NCBI GenBank assembly: GCA_963695245.1
Contig: OY968770.1
Coordinates: 805,894-869,893, forward strand
Source: an uncultured Gammaproteobacteria bacterium
GTDB lineage: Bacteria; Pseudomonadota; Gammaproteobacteria; JBGSLN01
Reading direction: 5' to 3'
DNA length: 64,000 nucleotides
Position 1 is the stretch's first letter. Every line of letters starts with the position of its first letter. The position numbers and the translations under genes are program-made. The notes beneath the pieces are model-generated. The model was not told where the DNA came from. It searched no databases and saw nothing but the letters and a program-made list of their open reading frames with translations. Positions 54,451 through 63,582 of this stretch are shown piece after piece.

Positions 54451-55092
54451 GTGTTTACTAATGATCATAAGTTGCAGCTATCGCAGGGTTTAATTGATTT
54501 GCAGATAGAAACCACCCAAGCTATGAATGAGGCTTTGCTGGCATTTTTAGAAACCATGCTCAAATGGAATCATGCTTATAATTTAACCGCAATCACAGAG
54601 TCTTCTGCCATGGTCGCGCAGCATTTGCTCGATAGCCTGAGTATTAAACCTTATCTAAAAGGCCAGCATATATTAGATGTAGGTACAGGCGCAGGTTTGC
54701 CTGGTATTCCCCTTGCCATTATTTTTCCGAATATACAATTTACTTTGCTGGATGCCTTAGGAAAGCGCTGTAAATTCCTGCAGCAGGTTGTGTATGAGTT
54801 ATCTTTGAAAAATGTCACCATTGAAAATGCCAGAGTAGAAAACTTCGCAGCTTCTACAGCATATGATCAGATTTTAACAAGAGCCTTTGCCAGCACTGCG
54901 ACTATTTTAAATCAATGCCATCATTTGTTGGCGCCAGCAGGACAGTTTTTATGCATGAAAGGGGTAAATTACGCCAAAGAACTTGAGGAAATTCCAGATA
55001 CCTATACAATCGAAGGTATTCATACTTTAAAAATTCCGGGCGAAACCGCCCAAAGACACTTAATTGTAATAGAGAGTTCTCACAGTGGGTAA
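54451..55092 (+). CDS. rsmG: 16S rRNA (guanine527-N7)-methyltransferase RsmG (GidB)
   Basis: 213 aa, GTG start. ...KWNHAYNLTAI...DVGTGAGLPGIPLAI... Confidence 0.9.
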   Translation: MFTNDHKLQLSQGLIDLQIETTQAMNEALLAFLETMLKWNHAYNLTAITESSAMVAQHLLDSLSIKPYLKGQHILDVGTGAGLPGIPLAIIFPNIQFTLLDALGKRCKFLQQVVYELSLKNVTIENARVENFAASTAYDQILTRAFASTATILNQCHHLLAPAGQFLCMKGVNYAKELEEIPDTYTIEGIHTLKIPGETAQRHLIVIESSHSG

Positions 55093-55873
55093 AATTGTTG
55101 CCATTGCCAATCAAAAAGGGGGCGTGGGTAAAACCACCAGCTGCGTTAATCTGGCAGCTTCCTTAAGTGCTGAAGCACGTACCGTTTTGCTGATTGACCT
55201 TGATCCTCAGGGCAACGCCACCATGGGCAGTGGGATTAACAAACATCAGCTACAAAATTCTGCCTTAGAAGTTTTAATGCAAGAGTGCGAGCCAGAAGCG
55301 GCTGTTTACAGTACTCAGGCAGGCTATGATGTTATGCCTTCTAATCGAGAATTAACCGCAGCAGAAGTAGAGCTGATGAATGTGGCCAGAAAAGAATATC
55401 GTCTGTCCCAGGCGCTTTCAAAACTCAAAGGGCGGTACGATTTTATTTTGATCGACTGTCCGCCTTCTTTAAACATGCTGACATTGAACGCTTTGGTGGC
55501 AGCAGACTCGGTGCTTGTGCCCATGCAGTGTGAATATTATGCCTTGGAAGGCTTAACCGGACTCATGGAAACCGTTCAATCTGTACAAAAAACCGTGAAT
55601 CAAAAACTGAAAATCGAAGGGCTTTTAAGAACCATGTACGATGCCAGAAACCGGCTTACCGGCGAGGTTTCTGATCAGTTAAAACAACATTTTGGTGATA
55701 AGGTTTTCAAAACCGTGATCCCAAGAAATGTGCGTTTGGCAGAAGCCCCAAGTTTTGGTCTGCCTGCGTTACTTTACGATAAAAATTCTCAAGGGGCTGC
55801 CGCCTACGTGGAACTGGCTAAAGAAGTCATGGCAAATCGCGAAACGGAATTTTCCATGGTGGGAACTTCATAA
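55085..55873 (+). CDS. parA: Chromosome partitioning ATPase ParA (Soj)
   Basis: GTG start. GKIVAIANQKGGVGKTTSCVNLAASL, a deviant Walker A. Confidence 0.95.
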   Translation: MGKIVAIANQKGGVGKTTSCVNLAASLSAEARTVLLIDLDPQGNATMGSGINKHQLQNSALEVLMQECEPEAAVYSTQAGYDVMPSNRELTAAEVELMNVARKEYRLSQALSKLKGRYDFILIDCPPSLNMLTLNALVAADSVLVPMQCEYYALEGLTGLMETVQSVQKTVNQKLKIEGLLRTMYDARNRLTGEVSDQLKQHFGDKVFKTVIPRNVRLAEAPSFGLPALLYDKNSQGAAAYVELAKEVMANRETEFSMVGTS

Positions 55874-55886
55874 AATTTGGGAACAA

Positions 55887-56774
55887 ATGATGACAAAAAA
55901 ACGTGGTTTAGGTCGAGGCTTAGATGCCTTATTCAGTGAAGTTAACAAAAAAGATGAAGTAGATATTGATTTGCCGGCAAACTCAGGCAGTGGTCTTGAA
56001 AAGATTGCCATTGATAAAATTCAGGCAGGCCAGTATCAGCCACGACGCAATTTTTCTGAAAGTTCGTTGCAGGAACTGGCAGATTCCATTAAAGCTCAAG
56101 GCGTGATTCAACCCATTGTGCTACGTACTTTAAAAGCAGGACGATACGAAATAGTAGCCGGTGAAAGACGTTTTCGCGCCGCTAAACTGGCAAACTTAAA
56201 AGAAATCCCGGCAGTGATCAAAGAGCTGCCCGATGAAGCCGCCCTTGCCATTGCTTTGATTGAAAACATTCAAAGAGAAGATTTAAACTCCATTGAAGAA
56301 GCATTATCTTTACAGCGGTTAATCAGTGAATTTTCCATGACCCACGAGCAAATTGCCAAAGCCGTGGGAAAATCCAGAGCTGCGGTTTCTAACTTAATCC
56401 GTCTGCTGGCTTTAGAAGCAGAGGCGCGACAACTATTAGAAGACAATCAGTTACAAATGGGACATGCCAGAGCTTTATTGAGCCTCTCTGGTGCCCAACA
56501 AATCGCCACCGCCAATACCATTGTTTCAAAGGCCTTATCAGTGCGGGAAACGGAAGATATCATTCGCAGACTACAAAACCTGCAAAAAGGCACTGGCAAC
56601 AAAAAGCCTGTGGATGAGAACTTAAAGCAGGTACAAACCCAAATCGCCAGTTACTTAAAAGCAAAAGTCACTTTGCAGCAGTCTGCTGAAGGTCGTGGTA
56701 AAGTTATTATCAAATATAAAACGCCAGAAGAATTGCAAAGAATTTGTAGGTTGATGCAGGTGAGTGGTGAGTAA
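55887..56774 (+). CDS. parB: Chromosome partitioning protein ParB (Spo0J)
   Basis: 295 aa from MMTKKRGLGRGLDALF. ParB box (…QPRRNFSE…IVAGERRFRAA…) and an HTH. Confidence 0.95.
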   Translation: MMTKKRGLGRGLDALFSEVNKKDEVDIDLPANSGSGLEKIAIDKIQAGQYQPRRNFSESSLQELADSIKAQGVIQPIVLRTLKAGRYEIVAGERRFRAAKLANLKEIPAVIKELPDEAALAIALIENIQREDLNSIEEALSLQRLISEFSMTHEQIAKAVGKSRAAVSNLIRLLALEAEARQLLEDNQLQMGHARALLSLSGAQQIATANTIVSKALSVRETEDIIRRLQNLQKGTGNKKPVDENLKQVQTQIASYLKAKVTLQQSAEGRGKVIIKYKTPEELQRICRLMQVSGE

Positions 56775-56856
56775 TAAATTAAAATCCTGAAATGTTGATA
56801 AACAGCAGTGATAATGCTATATATCATGATAATCAGCAGTTCTACTATCGATTATC

Positions 56857-58011
56857 ATGAAAAAAACCATTTTAAAGCGTATTTTGTCCCTAACACAACT
56901 ATTACAACAAAAATCTTATTTTTTGTTTGGACCTCGTGCAACAGGCAAATCTTTTTTGATTAAGGAAGAATTATCCCAAAAAGCCCTCGTCATCGATTTA
57001 TTAAATAGTGAGTATTTTTTGAGAATTAGCCAGTCTCCACAAATACTGGAGTCACTAATACTTGCACAAAAAGGTATTGAGATAGTCGTCATTGATGAGG
57101 TACAGCGGATACCAGAGCTACTTAACGAAGTACATCGTTTGATTGAAAAATATCATATTAAATTTTTACTAACTGGCAGTAGTGCCAGAAAACTAAAATC
57201 CAGTCAGGCAAATCTTTTGGCAGGTCGCGCTCGACAGGCGCAATTGTTTCCCTTAACTTTTTATGAACTACCGGATTTTGAACTTAAGCGTTATCTGCAT
57301 TATGGTGGATTACCCATGGTTTATTTAAGTGATGAACCAGTAGAGGATTTACACGCTTATGTGAATACCTATTTAAAAGAAGAAATTCAAAGCGAAGCTT
57401 TGGTGAGAAACTTACCAGCATTCAGCAGATTCTTGAATTATTCGGCACTCACAAGCGGTGATATGTTAAATTTTGCTAATATAGCCAACGATGCAGCCGT
57501 GAGTGCTTCTACGGTAAGATCCTATTATCACCTGCTGGAAGATACTTTTCTTGGCTTTATGTTACCAGCCTGGACAAAAACAATTAAGAGAAAGGCTATC
57601 AGTACGGCAAAATTTTATTACTTTGATATTGGGGTAAAAAATATTCTTGCTGGCATAAAAACCATTGATGAAAAATCTGACTTGTTTGGTAAAGCATTTG
57701 AGCATTTTATTGCTCTGGAGTTACGAGCTTATCTTAGTTACCGACGCAAACATCTAAACTTAAGTTATTGGCAGTCAAAAAGTGGCATGGAAGTAGACTT
57801 TATTATCGAAAATGATATTGCAATTGAAGTAAAAACAACGACACAAGTGAATGATAAACATTTGAAAGGATTAAAAGCTTTGATGCAAGAAAATATTGTG
57901 AGCGACTATTATTTCATTAGTCACGATAAGCTAACCAGAGAAACACAAAAAATATCCCTTATGCATTGGGAAACATTCTTAAAGCTTCTATGGGATGACA
58001 AATTGTTTTGA
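56857..58011 (+). CDS. AAA+ ATPase (AAA_14 + DUF4143 family)
   Basis: 384 aa. Walker A GPRATGKS, then ...VVIDEVQRIPEL..., with a DUF4143-type C-terminus. Confidence 0.75.
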   Translation: MKKTILKRILSLTQLLQQKSYFLFGPRATGKSFLIKEELSQKALVIDLLNSEYFLRISQSPQILESLILAQKGIEIVVIDEVQRIPELLNEVHRLIEKYHIKFLLTGSSARKLKSSQANLLAGRARQAQLFPLTFYELPDFELKRYLHYGGLPMVYLSDEPVEDLHAYVNTYLKEEIQSEALVRNLPAFSRFLNYSALTSGDMLNFANIANDAAVSASTVRSYYHLLEDTFLGFMLPAWTKTIKRKAISTAKFYYFDIGVKNILAGIKTIDEKSDLFGKAFEHFIALELRAYLSYRRKHLNLSYWQSKSGMEVDFIIENDIAIEVKTTTQVNDKHLKGLKALMQENIVSDYYFISHDKLTRETQKISLMHWETFLKLLWDDKLF

Positions 58012-58662
58012 TGATGGGTTTTGCATATTTTCATAATCTTTTCTAATAGTTTCAATCATTTGATAAAATGTGCCGCATTTATTTATATCATTTTCAGAAG
58101 TTTTAATTGCTTGATTGATGTAATCCATTACTTCATTGGGGTTCCAACTTGAATTAGCTCTCAATTTTTCAGCCATTTTTTTTGCAGGATTAGTGGGGGT
58201 GGACCAAAAATTAAATTTTTCAAAAATACTTAAAGGAGGAGCATGTTTTTCAAAAGCTTCAGCAAGTATAATTGGATTTAATCTGTTTTGTGTGTGGTCA
58301 GGTTGATTTAGATTGGGAAAAGCTTTTAAAGCTTCCTGTTCCTTCTCCATAACATTTTTATATTTATCAATTAAATTCATAATACACTCATACTCATAAC
58401 CATCTTCTTCAAAGTTTTGTGTAACAAATTCACAGAGTATTGAATGTTTTTCTTCAGTTGTTGTTATGAGTGTATCTAAAAGTATTTCTAATAATAAGTA
58501 AAAACTAAATTCCCCCCTTTTTTCATGTATAGTTTTCATTGAATTTACAATTCTAGAGAATAAATAATTAATACTGTTTTTTCTGATGTTTTCATCCTTA
58601 ATATTATTAATAAAAATTGGTAAATTTTGTAAAGTAAAATTATAGTTGATGCTTTGGTTCAA
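57988..58662 (-). CDS. Hypothetical protein, start uncertain. The reading frame continues 44 codons upstream without an ATG through a Walker-A-like GLACRGKS; possibly a 5'-disrupted gene
   Basis: The track start is a TTG. The in-frame upstream (to a TAA at 58794-58796) reads KNHIDNVLGLACRGKSVNVAFFLQEKCPELISSQHANELF(L)NQS... It abuts a truncated REPIN. Confidence 0.35.
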   Translation of the reverse strand: MNQSINYNFTLQNLPIFINNIKDENIRKNSINYLFSRIVNSMKTIHEKRGEFSFYLLLEILLDTLITTTEEKHSILCEFVTQNFEEDGYEYECIMNLIDKYKNVMEKEQEALKAFPNLNQPDHTQNRLNPIILAEAFEKHAPPLSIFEKFNFWSTPTNPAKKMAEKLRANSSWNPNEVMDYINQAIKTSENDINKCGTFYQMIETIRKDYENMQNPSSKQFVIP

Positions 58663-58807
58663 AAAAAGCTCATTAGCATGCTGAGATGAAATTAACTCAG
58701 GGCATTTTTCTTGTAGAAAAAACGCAACATTGACACTTTTTCCACGGCAGGCTAAACCTAATACATTATCAATGTGATTTTTATGTTTTTTTGATTAACG
58801 GGTTTTT

Positions 58808-58854
58808 TAATTGTCACGGCTTATTGGGCTTCCTTTGTCAGCCTAACCTACGTA
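58808..58854 (+). repeat. Truncated/degenerate REPIN-like element (right half only)
   Basis: ttaattgtcacggcttattgggcttcctttgtcagcctaacctacgta. Confidence 0.7.
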
Positions 58855-58868
58855 GATTTTTTACAGTA

Positions 58869-59483
58869 TCAATTTTTTAAACTCTGAATCACAAACCGTG
58901 TCAAATCCTTCAACATTTTTTGAGTAGCAATATTTGCAGCCACCACACCACCATAAGGCGTATTTTGTTTAGTTTTAATGGCATAATAAAATGTTTTGCC
59001 TGAAAAAGCTTTACCAGTGGTGGAGTTTATCAATTGGGCAGAAAGTCTTAATTGTTCTATGCTGGGTTTAAAAAGGAAGTTTTGTTGCAACAGGCTTAAG
59101 TGAGTTGAAAGTCTATAATCTGTGCTGCCAACATAAGGGGTAATGACCACCGCTTTAAAAAAGTGGCTGTCACGAAGGGCGCTGGCAATGAGCAGCGTTA
59201 ATTGATCATTCGGCTCACTGGCCCAGCCATGGTCAGCGAAATAAGAAAGTTGATAAGGTTTGGTAACGTAGGCCATCTTTTTAGTGTCCAAGGCATTATT
59301 TGCTTGAGTGGTCATTACAAGCAAAGTTTTATCCACACGATGAGCTGTGGTTACTTTATCTACCATTGGGCTTAGTACATACAATTTTTTTTGTGGCAAC
59401 GTCACGGGTGACAGACAACCTGTCAAAAAAATAGCAGGAATGATAACCCAGAAACAAACGCGAATTTTTTTTAACAACTGCAT
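58869..59483 (-). CDS. ABC-transport auxiliary lipoprotein (ABC_trans_aux family, PqiC/MlaA-context type)
   Basis: Lipobox LTGC. Last gene of the Mla/Mce-like operon. Confidence 0.65.
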   Translation of the reverse strand: MQLLKKIRVCFWVIIPAIFLTGCLSPVTLPQKKLYVLSPMVDKVTTAHRVDKTLLVMTTQANNALDTKKMAYVTKPYQLSYFADHGWASEPNDQLTLLIASALRDSHFFKAVVITPYVGSTDYRLSTHLSLLQQNFLFKPSIEQLRLSAQLINSTTGKAFSGKTFYYAIKTKQNTPYGGVVAANIATQKMLKDLTRFVIQSLKN

Positions 59484-59487
59484 GGAT

Positions 59488-60408
59488 TTACTCTCCAGGG
59501 CCAGGTTTTGCCCGTGTTTTGCCTTTAATAATAATGGATGGGTTTTGATTTAATTCTGCACTCAGGCTATTTAAGTTTTGCGCCATTTCTTTGATATTTT
59601 TCATAGTATCGTAAGTAATCGGTAAAATATCGTTAGAAAAAGACTGCAAAGTAATGCTGCCCTGTTCAGCGGTTTTATTTAGATTTTTTGCAGTAGCTGA
59701 TAATTCTTTACCCACCGCTTGAATTGATTGGGAGCCTTTATCAATAGAGCGCATAATATCTGGAAAGCTTCTACTGGCTTGTGCTGTGTTTTTCATGACT
59801 TCTTTGAAGTCCACTAAAGCGGTATTAATATTTTCAGAGTTTTTGGCAATCACGTCTGTGAATTTTTGAATATTCTTTAAAGATGCAGCAACGGCTTTAG
59901 TGTTTTTTTCACTTAAAAGTGCTTTAACGTGAGAAGACATGTCTCCCAATTTGTCAGAGAGATTTTCGATAGTTTTATCCAATTTTACTAAAAAAGAAGG
60001 CTTTGCAGGAATCACAGGATATTTTTGTCCCGGTTGCGTCTCTAATAAAGGGGCTTTTTTGCCGGCTGTTAATCCAATATAAGCAATTCCGGTAATTCCC
60101 TGTTCTGTTAAAATTGCGGTGGTGCTTTGAGTAATTGGCACCGAAGGTCTGATTTTTAAAGTTAATATTACCTGCTGAGGATTTTTTAGATTCAGTTCAA
60201 TATCATCTACTTTACCCACATCCACACCATTATATTTTACCGGTGCATTATCGCTTAATCCGGCCACAGATTCATTCATAAAAACCTGATAGATTTTATA
60301 ATTATCGGTATTTATGCCTGCAGAGAGCCAAAGGCCAATGAGAATTGCTACAATCAGCAGGGCAGTTACAAATACGCCCACCAGGGTATAATTAACTTTG
60401 GATTCCAT
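59488..60408 (-). CDS. MCE-domain substrate-binding protein (MlaD/PqiB-like)
   Basis: N-terminal TM helix plus MCE domain (…VAGLSDNAPVKYNGVDVGKVDDIEL…). Confidence 0.8.
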   Translation of the reverse strand: MESKVNYTLVGVFVTALLIVAILIGLWLSAGINTDNYKIYQVFMNESVAGLSDNAPVKYNGVDVGKVDDIELNLKNPQQVILTLKIRPSVPITQSTTAILTEQGITGIAYIGLTAGKKAPLLETQPGQKYPVIPAKPSFLVKLDKTIENLSDKLGDMSSHVKALLSEKNTKAVAASLKNIQKFTDVIAKNSENINTALVDFKEVMKNTAQASRSFPDIMRSIDKGSQSIQAVGKELSATAKNLNKTAEQGSITLQSFSNDILPITYDTMKNIKEMAQNLNSLSAELNQNPSIIIKGKTRAKPGPGE

Positions 60409-60411
60409 TTT

Positions 60412-61179
60412 TTATGTTTCGCTGTATTTTTCCGCTGCCATTTTAGCACGGATATCACTGAAATAACCAATAATCATGGGGTTAGAATTATGCATCATGG
60501 CTTTGATAGGTTCTACCGCCAGTACTTTGCCCTCACCTAAAAAAGCCAATCTGTCCGTGGTGCGCCACAGGGTGTCTAAATCATGGGTCACCATCACCAC
60601 GGTTAAACCGAGGCTTTCGCGTAATTCTAAAATGAGCGAATCCAGCTCACTGGCACCATGAGGATCAAGACCTGCGGTGGGTTCATCCAAAAACAGTAAG
60701 TTGGGATCCAGCGCCAGTGCTCTGGCAATAGCCGCTCTTTTTTTCATGCCGCCACTTAATTCTGATGGGTAGCGTAGTGCCGCTTCTTTTTTTAATCCCA
60801 CCAATTGAATTTTCATCAAGGCCAACTCTTCCATGGTTTTAAGAGGCAAATTAGTTTCATTTTTCATGGGAAACATGACATTCTCAAGCAGATTCATGGA
60901 ACTGAACAAAGCGCCGTGTTGAAACATCATGCCCCAGTGGCCTCGAACCCATTGCTGTACTTTTTTATCACCGTTTAAAATTTCTTTGTCTAGAATTTTA
61001 ATGGATCCTTTGGCCGGTACCAGCATCAAAATGCTGCGTAAAAGGGTGGTTTTACCTGCACCTGATCCCCCTACGATTGCCAGAATTTCGCCATTTTTAA
61101 CTTTAAGATCAATGTCATTGAGAATTTTTTTTCCGGATAATTCAACGCTCATTTGTTGAATTTCTATGATGTTATCCAT
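60412..61179 (-). CDS. ABC transporter ATP-binding protein (MlaF-like)
   Basis: Walker A GGSGAGKTT. Signature LSGGMKKR. Walker B LLFLDEPTAGLD. Confidence 0.9.
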   Translation of the reverse strand: MDNIIEIQQMSVELSGKKILNDIDLKVKNGEILAIVGGSGAGKTTLLRSILMLVPAKGSIKILDKEILNGDKKVQQWVRGHWGMMFQHGALFSSMNLLENVMFPMKNETNLPLKTMEELALMKIQLVGLKKEAALRYPSELSGGMKKRAAIARALALDPNLLFLDEPTAGLDPHGASELDSLILELRESLGLTVVMVTHDLDTLWRTTDRLAFLGEGKVLAVEPIKAMMHNSNPMIIGYFSDIRAKMAAEKYSET

Positions 61180-61180
61180 A

Positions 61181-62293
61181 TCAAATTCCCATCACACTCA
61201 ACACCACAGAGAAAAGGGCATCAGCAATAATAATTAGAAAGATGGCCAGCACAACACTTTTAGTGGTTTGAATCCCAATGCTTTGTGCACTGCCAGAGAC
61301 TTTTAAACCATGAAAGCATCCCACAGAGGCAATGATCCAGGCAAAAACGGGTGCTTTCACAAGTCCAATTACAAAACTTGACAGGGTAATGACTTGGGGA
61401 AACTGGTTGAGGAAATTATTAAAGGTAACCCCAAGAGAAACTTTTGCCATAAACATGCCTCCAAAAAGCCCAAAAATATCACTCCAGACCACTAAAAAAG
61501 GCATGGCAATGATCATGCCTAATATTCTGGGAAAGGTAAGCAATACAGTGGTACTTAATCCCATAGTTTCCAGAGCATCCAGCTCTTCATTGGCTTTCAT
61601 AAGACCAATATGGGCAGTAAAAGCAGAACCCACACGCCCTGCCAGAATAATTGCAGCAATCAAAGGACCAAACTCGCGCAAAATAGCAAGGCCAAGAATA
61701 TTCACTATATATATATTGGCGCCATAGACTTCCAGTTGAACACCAATTTGGTATGCCAGAACTACCCCAATTAAAAAGGTCAAAAATGCGATAATAGGCA
61801 TTGAACGCACGCCAGCAAATTCAATGCTGGCAATCACTGATTTGAAAGGAATATTTTTGGGTTTTTTAAGCAGATTCAGAGTGATTAATACAAATTCACC
61901 CACAAAACTCATCCAGGCATTGATTTCAGAGAATTTATCGATAATTCCCTTACCAAAGCGAGCAAAAATATTGGGTGTTTTAGCTTGGGTTAGGGTATCG
62001 GAGTTTTTGGTTGTTTGTACCAAATGTAATAAAGATTGATGCTGCTGGTTAAAGCCCTGTTCTTTTACTTCAACGCCAGCTTGATTTAGCAAAGTTTTAA
62101 TATGCTCTATTAAATAACCTCCGGCACTGTCGAGGGCGTCAATATCCCTACCGTCCAGTGTTATTGGGTAGGTAGGCAGAACAAGATTATTAAGAGGATT
62201 CTTGGCAATAGATCCCAGATTTCGAACATTCCAGTCACCGGAAAGCTGTAGTGTGTTTTGATTCAGTTCAATTTTAGCAGCTTGATTTGCCAT
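61181..62293 (-). CDS. ABC transporter permease (MlaE-like) with fused N-terminal STAS (MlaB-like) domain
   Basis: 370 aa. N-terminal ~100 aa is STAS-like (…LQLSGDWNVRNL…ITLDGRDIDALDSAGG…). The C-terminal part is an MlaE core (…GPLIAAIILAGRVGSAFTAHIGLMKANEELDALETMGLS…). Confidence 0.8.
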   Translation of the reverse strand: MANQAAKIELNQNTLQLSGDWNVRNLGSIAKNPLNNLVLPTYPITLDGRDIDALDSAGGYLIEHIKTLLNQAGVEVKEQGFNQQHQSLLHLVQTTKNSDTLTQAKTPNIFARFGKGIIDKFSEINAWMSFVGEFVLITLNLLKKPKNIPFKSVIASIEFAGVRSMPIIAFLTFLIGVVLAYQIGVQLEVYGANIYIVNILGLAILREFGPLIAAIILAGRVGSAFTAHIGLMKANEELDALETMGLSTTVLLTFPRILGMIIAMPFLVVWSDIFGLFGGMFMAKVSLGVTFNNFLNQFPQVITLSSFVIGLVKAPVFAWIIASVGCFHGLKVSGSAQSIGIQTTKSVVLAIFLIIIADALFSVVLSVMGI

Positions 62294-62440
62294 GCAGTTA
62301 TTTTTTAAGGTTTTATCTACCCAATCATAATTAAATCTTGAGAAGTAATCTATAGAATAAGCGTGTTTTTGGCGTATTCGTTAATAAATTTTGTTATGAT
62401 AGCTCAAATTTTAGATGAATGCGGTAGCGCACTAGTAAAA

Positions 62441-62540
62441 ATGTAGGTTGGGCTGTTAAGCCCAACAGCCGTGGCAATTAAATAGTGTCGTTATTAAATG
62501 AATACTCTGTTGGGCTTCCTTCGTCAGCACCAACCTACAT
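62441..62540 (-). repeat. REPIN/MITE-like element copy 14 (reverse orientation; one arm shortened as in copy 1)
   Basis: atgtaggttgggctgttaagcccaacagccgtggcaattaaatagtgtcgttattaaatgaatac... Confidence 0.85.
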
Positions 62541-62604
62541 TGAAAATGTCAACAATTTATGTTGGAGAAGAACAACACTTTTATGTAATATTACCTTTAA
62601 AATA

Positions 62605-63582
62605 ATGAAAAAACTTAAACATAATTTTTACAAACTGGTTAGTATTTTAAATGATTGTGAATTTCATGATGGCACAGCTTTAGGTGCTGAGCTTGGCATT
62701 TCCCGCGCTGCCGTATGGAAGATGATAAAGAAACTGCAAAATTATCAGATTCAGGTGGATAGTGTGAAAGCCAAAGGATATCGTTTTCAGGAGGCTTTAT
62801 ATCTGTTGGATGAAAAACAGATTAAAAAATCATTAACACATAAGAAAATTAACTTGAATGTATTTGAAGAAATTGACTCTACCTCTAGTTTTTTAAAACC
62901 TTATATATTTCAAAAGAATATACAGGTGTGTGTGGCAGAAAAACAAACCCTTGGGCGAGGTAGGTTTAATCGTGAGTGGCACTCACCCTTTGGTGAAAAT
63001 CTATATGTATCTTTACTCATCCCTTTAAATTGCCATTTTCAGCAATTGCAGGGATTAAGTACTGCCTTGAGTCTATTAATTGCAAAAAGTATTGAAGCAA
63101 GTTTTGTAATACCCGATACCTTAAGTTTAAAGTGGCCCAATGATATTTATTGTGGCAATGCAAAACTAGGCGGATGTCTCACTGAAATTCAGGCAGAGTC
63201 AAACAGCCTTTGTGGAATTATTGTTGGCATTGGTATTAATGTAAATATGTTAGAAGCGCAGGATAAAAGTTTTAAGCAACCCTGGAGTTCTATTCGCAAA
63301 CTCAATTCACTGAATAATGACAGAAATATTTTATGTATTCATTTAATCAATGCGTTTACGGATTATTTTAAAGACTTACAAAATATTGAGTTTAAATGTT
63401 TACGTTCTGAATATAACCAAAGGGATTATTTGCGTAATAAAATCATTAAAATAAAAGCCAATAACGCAATTTACAAAGGTAAAATGCTGGGTTTAGATGA
63501 TATGGGTAATTTGCAGTTGAAATTATCAAATGGCAGTGTAATGATATTTTCCTCAGGAGATGCCACTTTAGTTGCGCAATGA
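62605..63582 (+). CDS. birA: Bifunctional biotin--[acetyl-CoA-carboxylase] ligase / biotin operon repressor BirA
   Basis: 325 aa from MKKLKHNFYKL. N-terminal wHTH (…GTALGAELGISRAAVWKMIKKLQNYQIQVDSVKAKGYRF…) plus ligase GRGRFNREWHSP. The 5' extension into the REPIN is rejected. Confidence 0.9.
   Translation: MKKLKHNFYKLVSILNDCEFHDGTALGAELGISRAAVWKMIKKLQNYQIQVDSVKAKGYRFQEALYLLDEKQIKKSLTHKKINLNVFEEIDSTSSFLKPYIFQKNIQVCVAEKQTLGRGRFNREWHSPFGENLYVSLLIPLNCHFQQLQGLSTALSLLIAKSIEASFVIPDTLSLKWPNDIYCGNAKLGGCLTEIQAESNSLCGIIVGIGINVNMLEAQDKSFKQPWSSIRKLNSLNNDRNILCIHLINAFTDYFKDLQNIEFKCLRSEYNQRDYLRNKIIKIKANNAIYKGKMLGLDDMGNLQLKLSNGSVMIFSSGDATLVAQ

Noticed and set aside
56775-56856. Repeated TGATAAT / CAGCAG motifs downstream of parB that might be a parS-like or regulatory site
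   Set aside because: No resemblance to the parS 16-mer and no clear dyad. Probably just the promoter region of the AAA ATPase gene.
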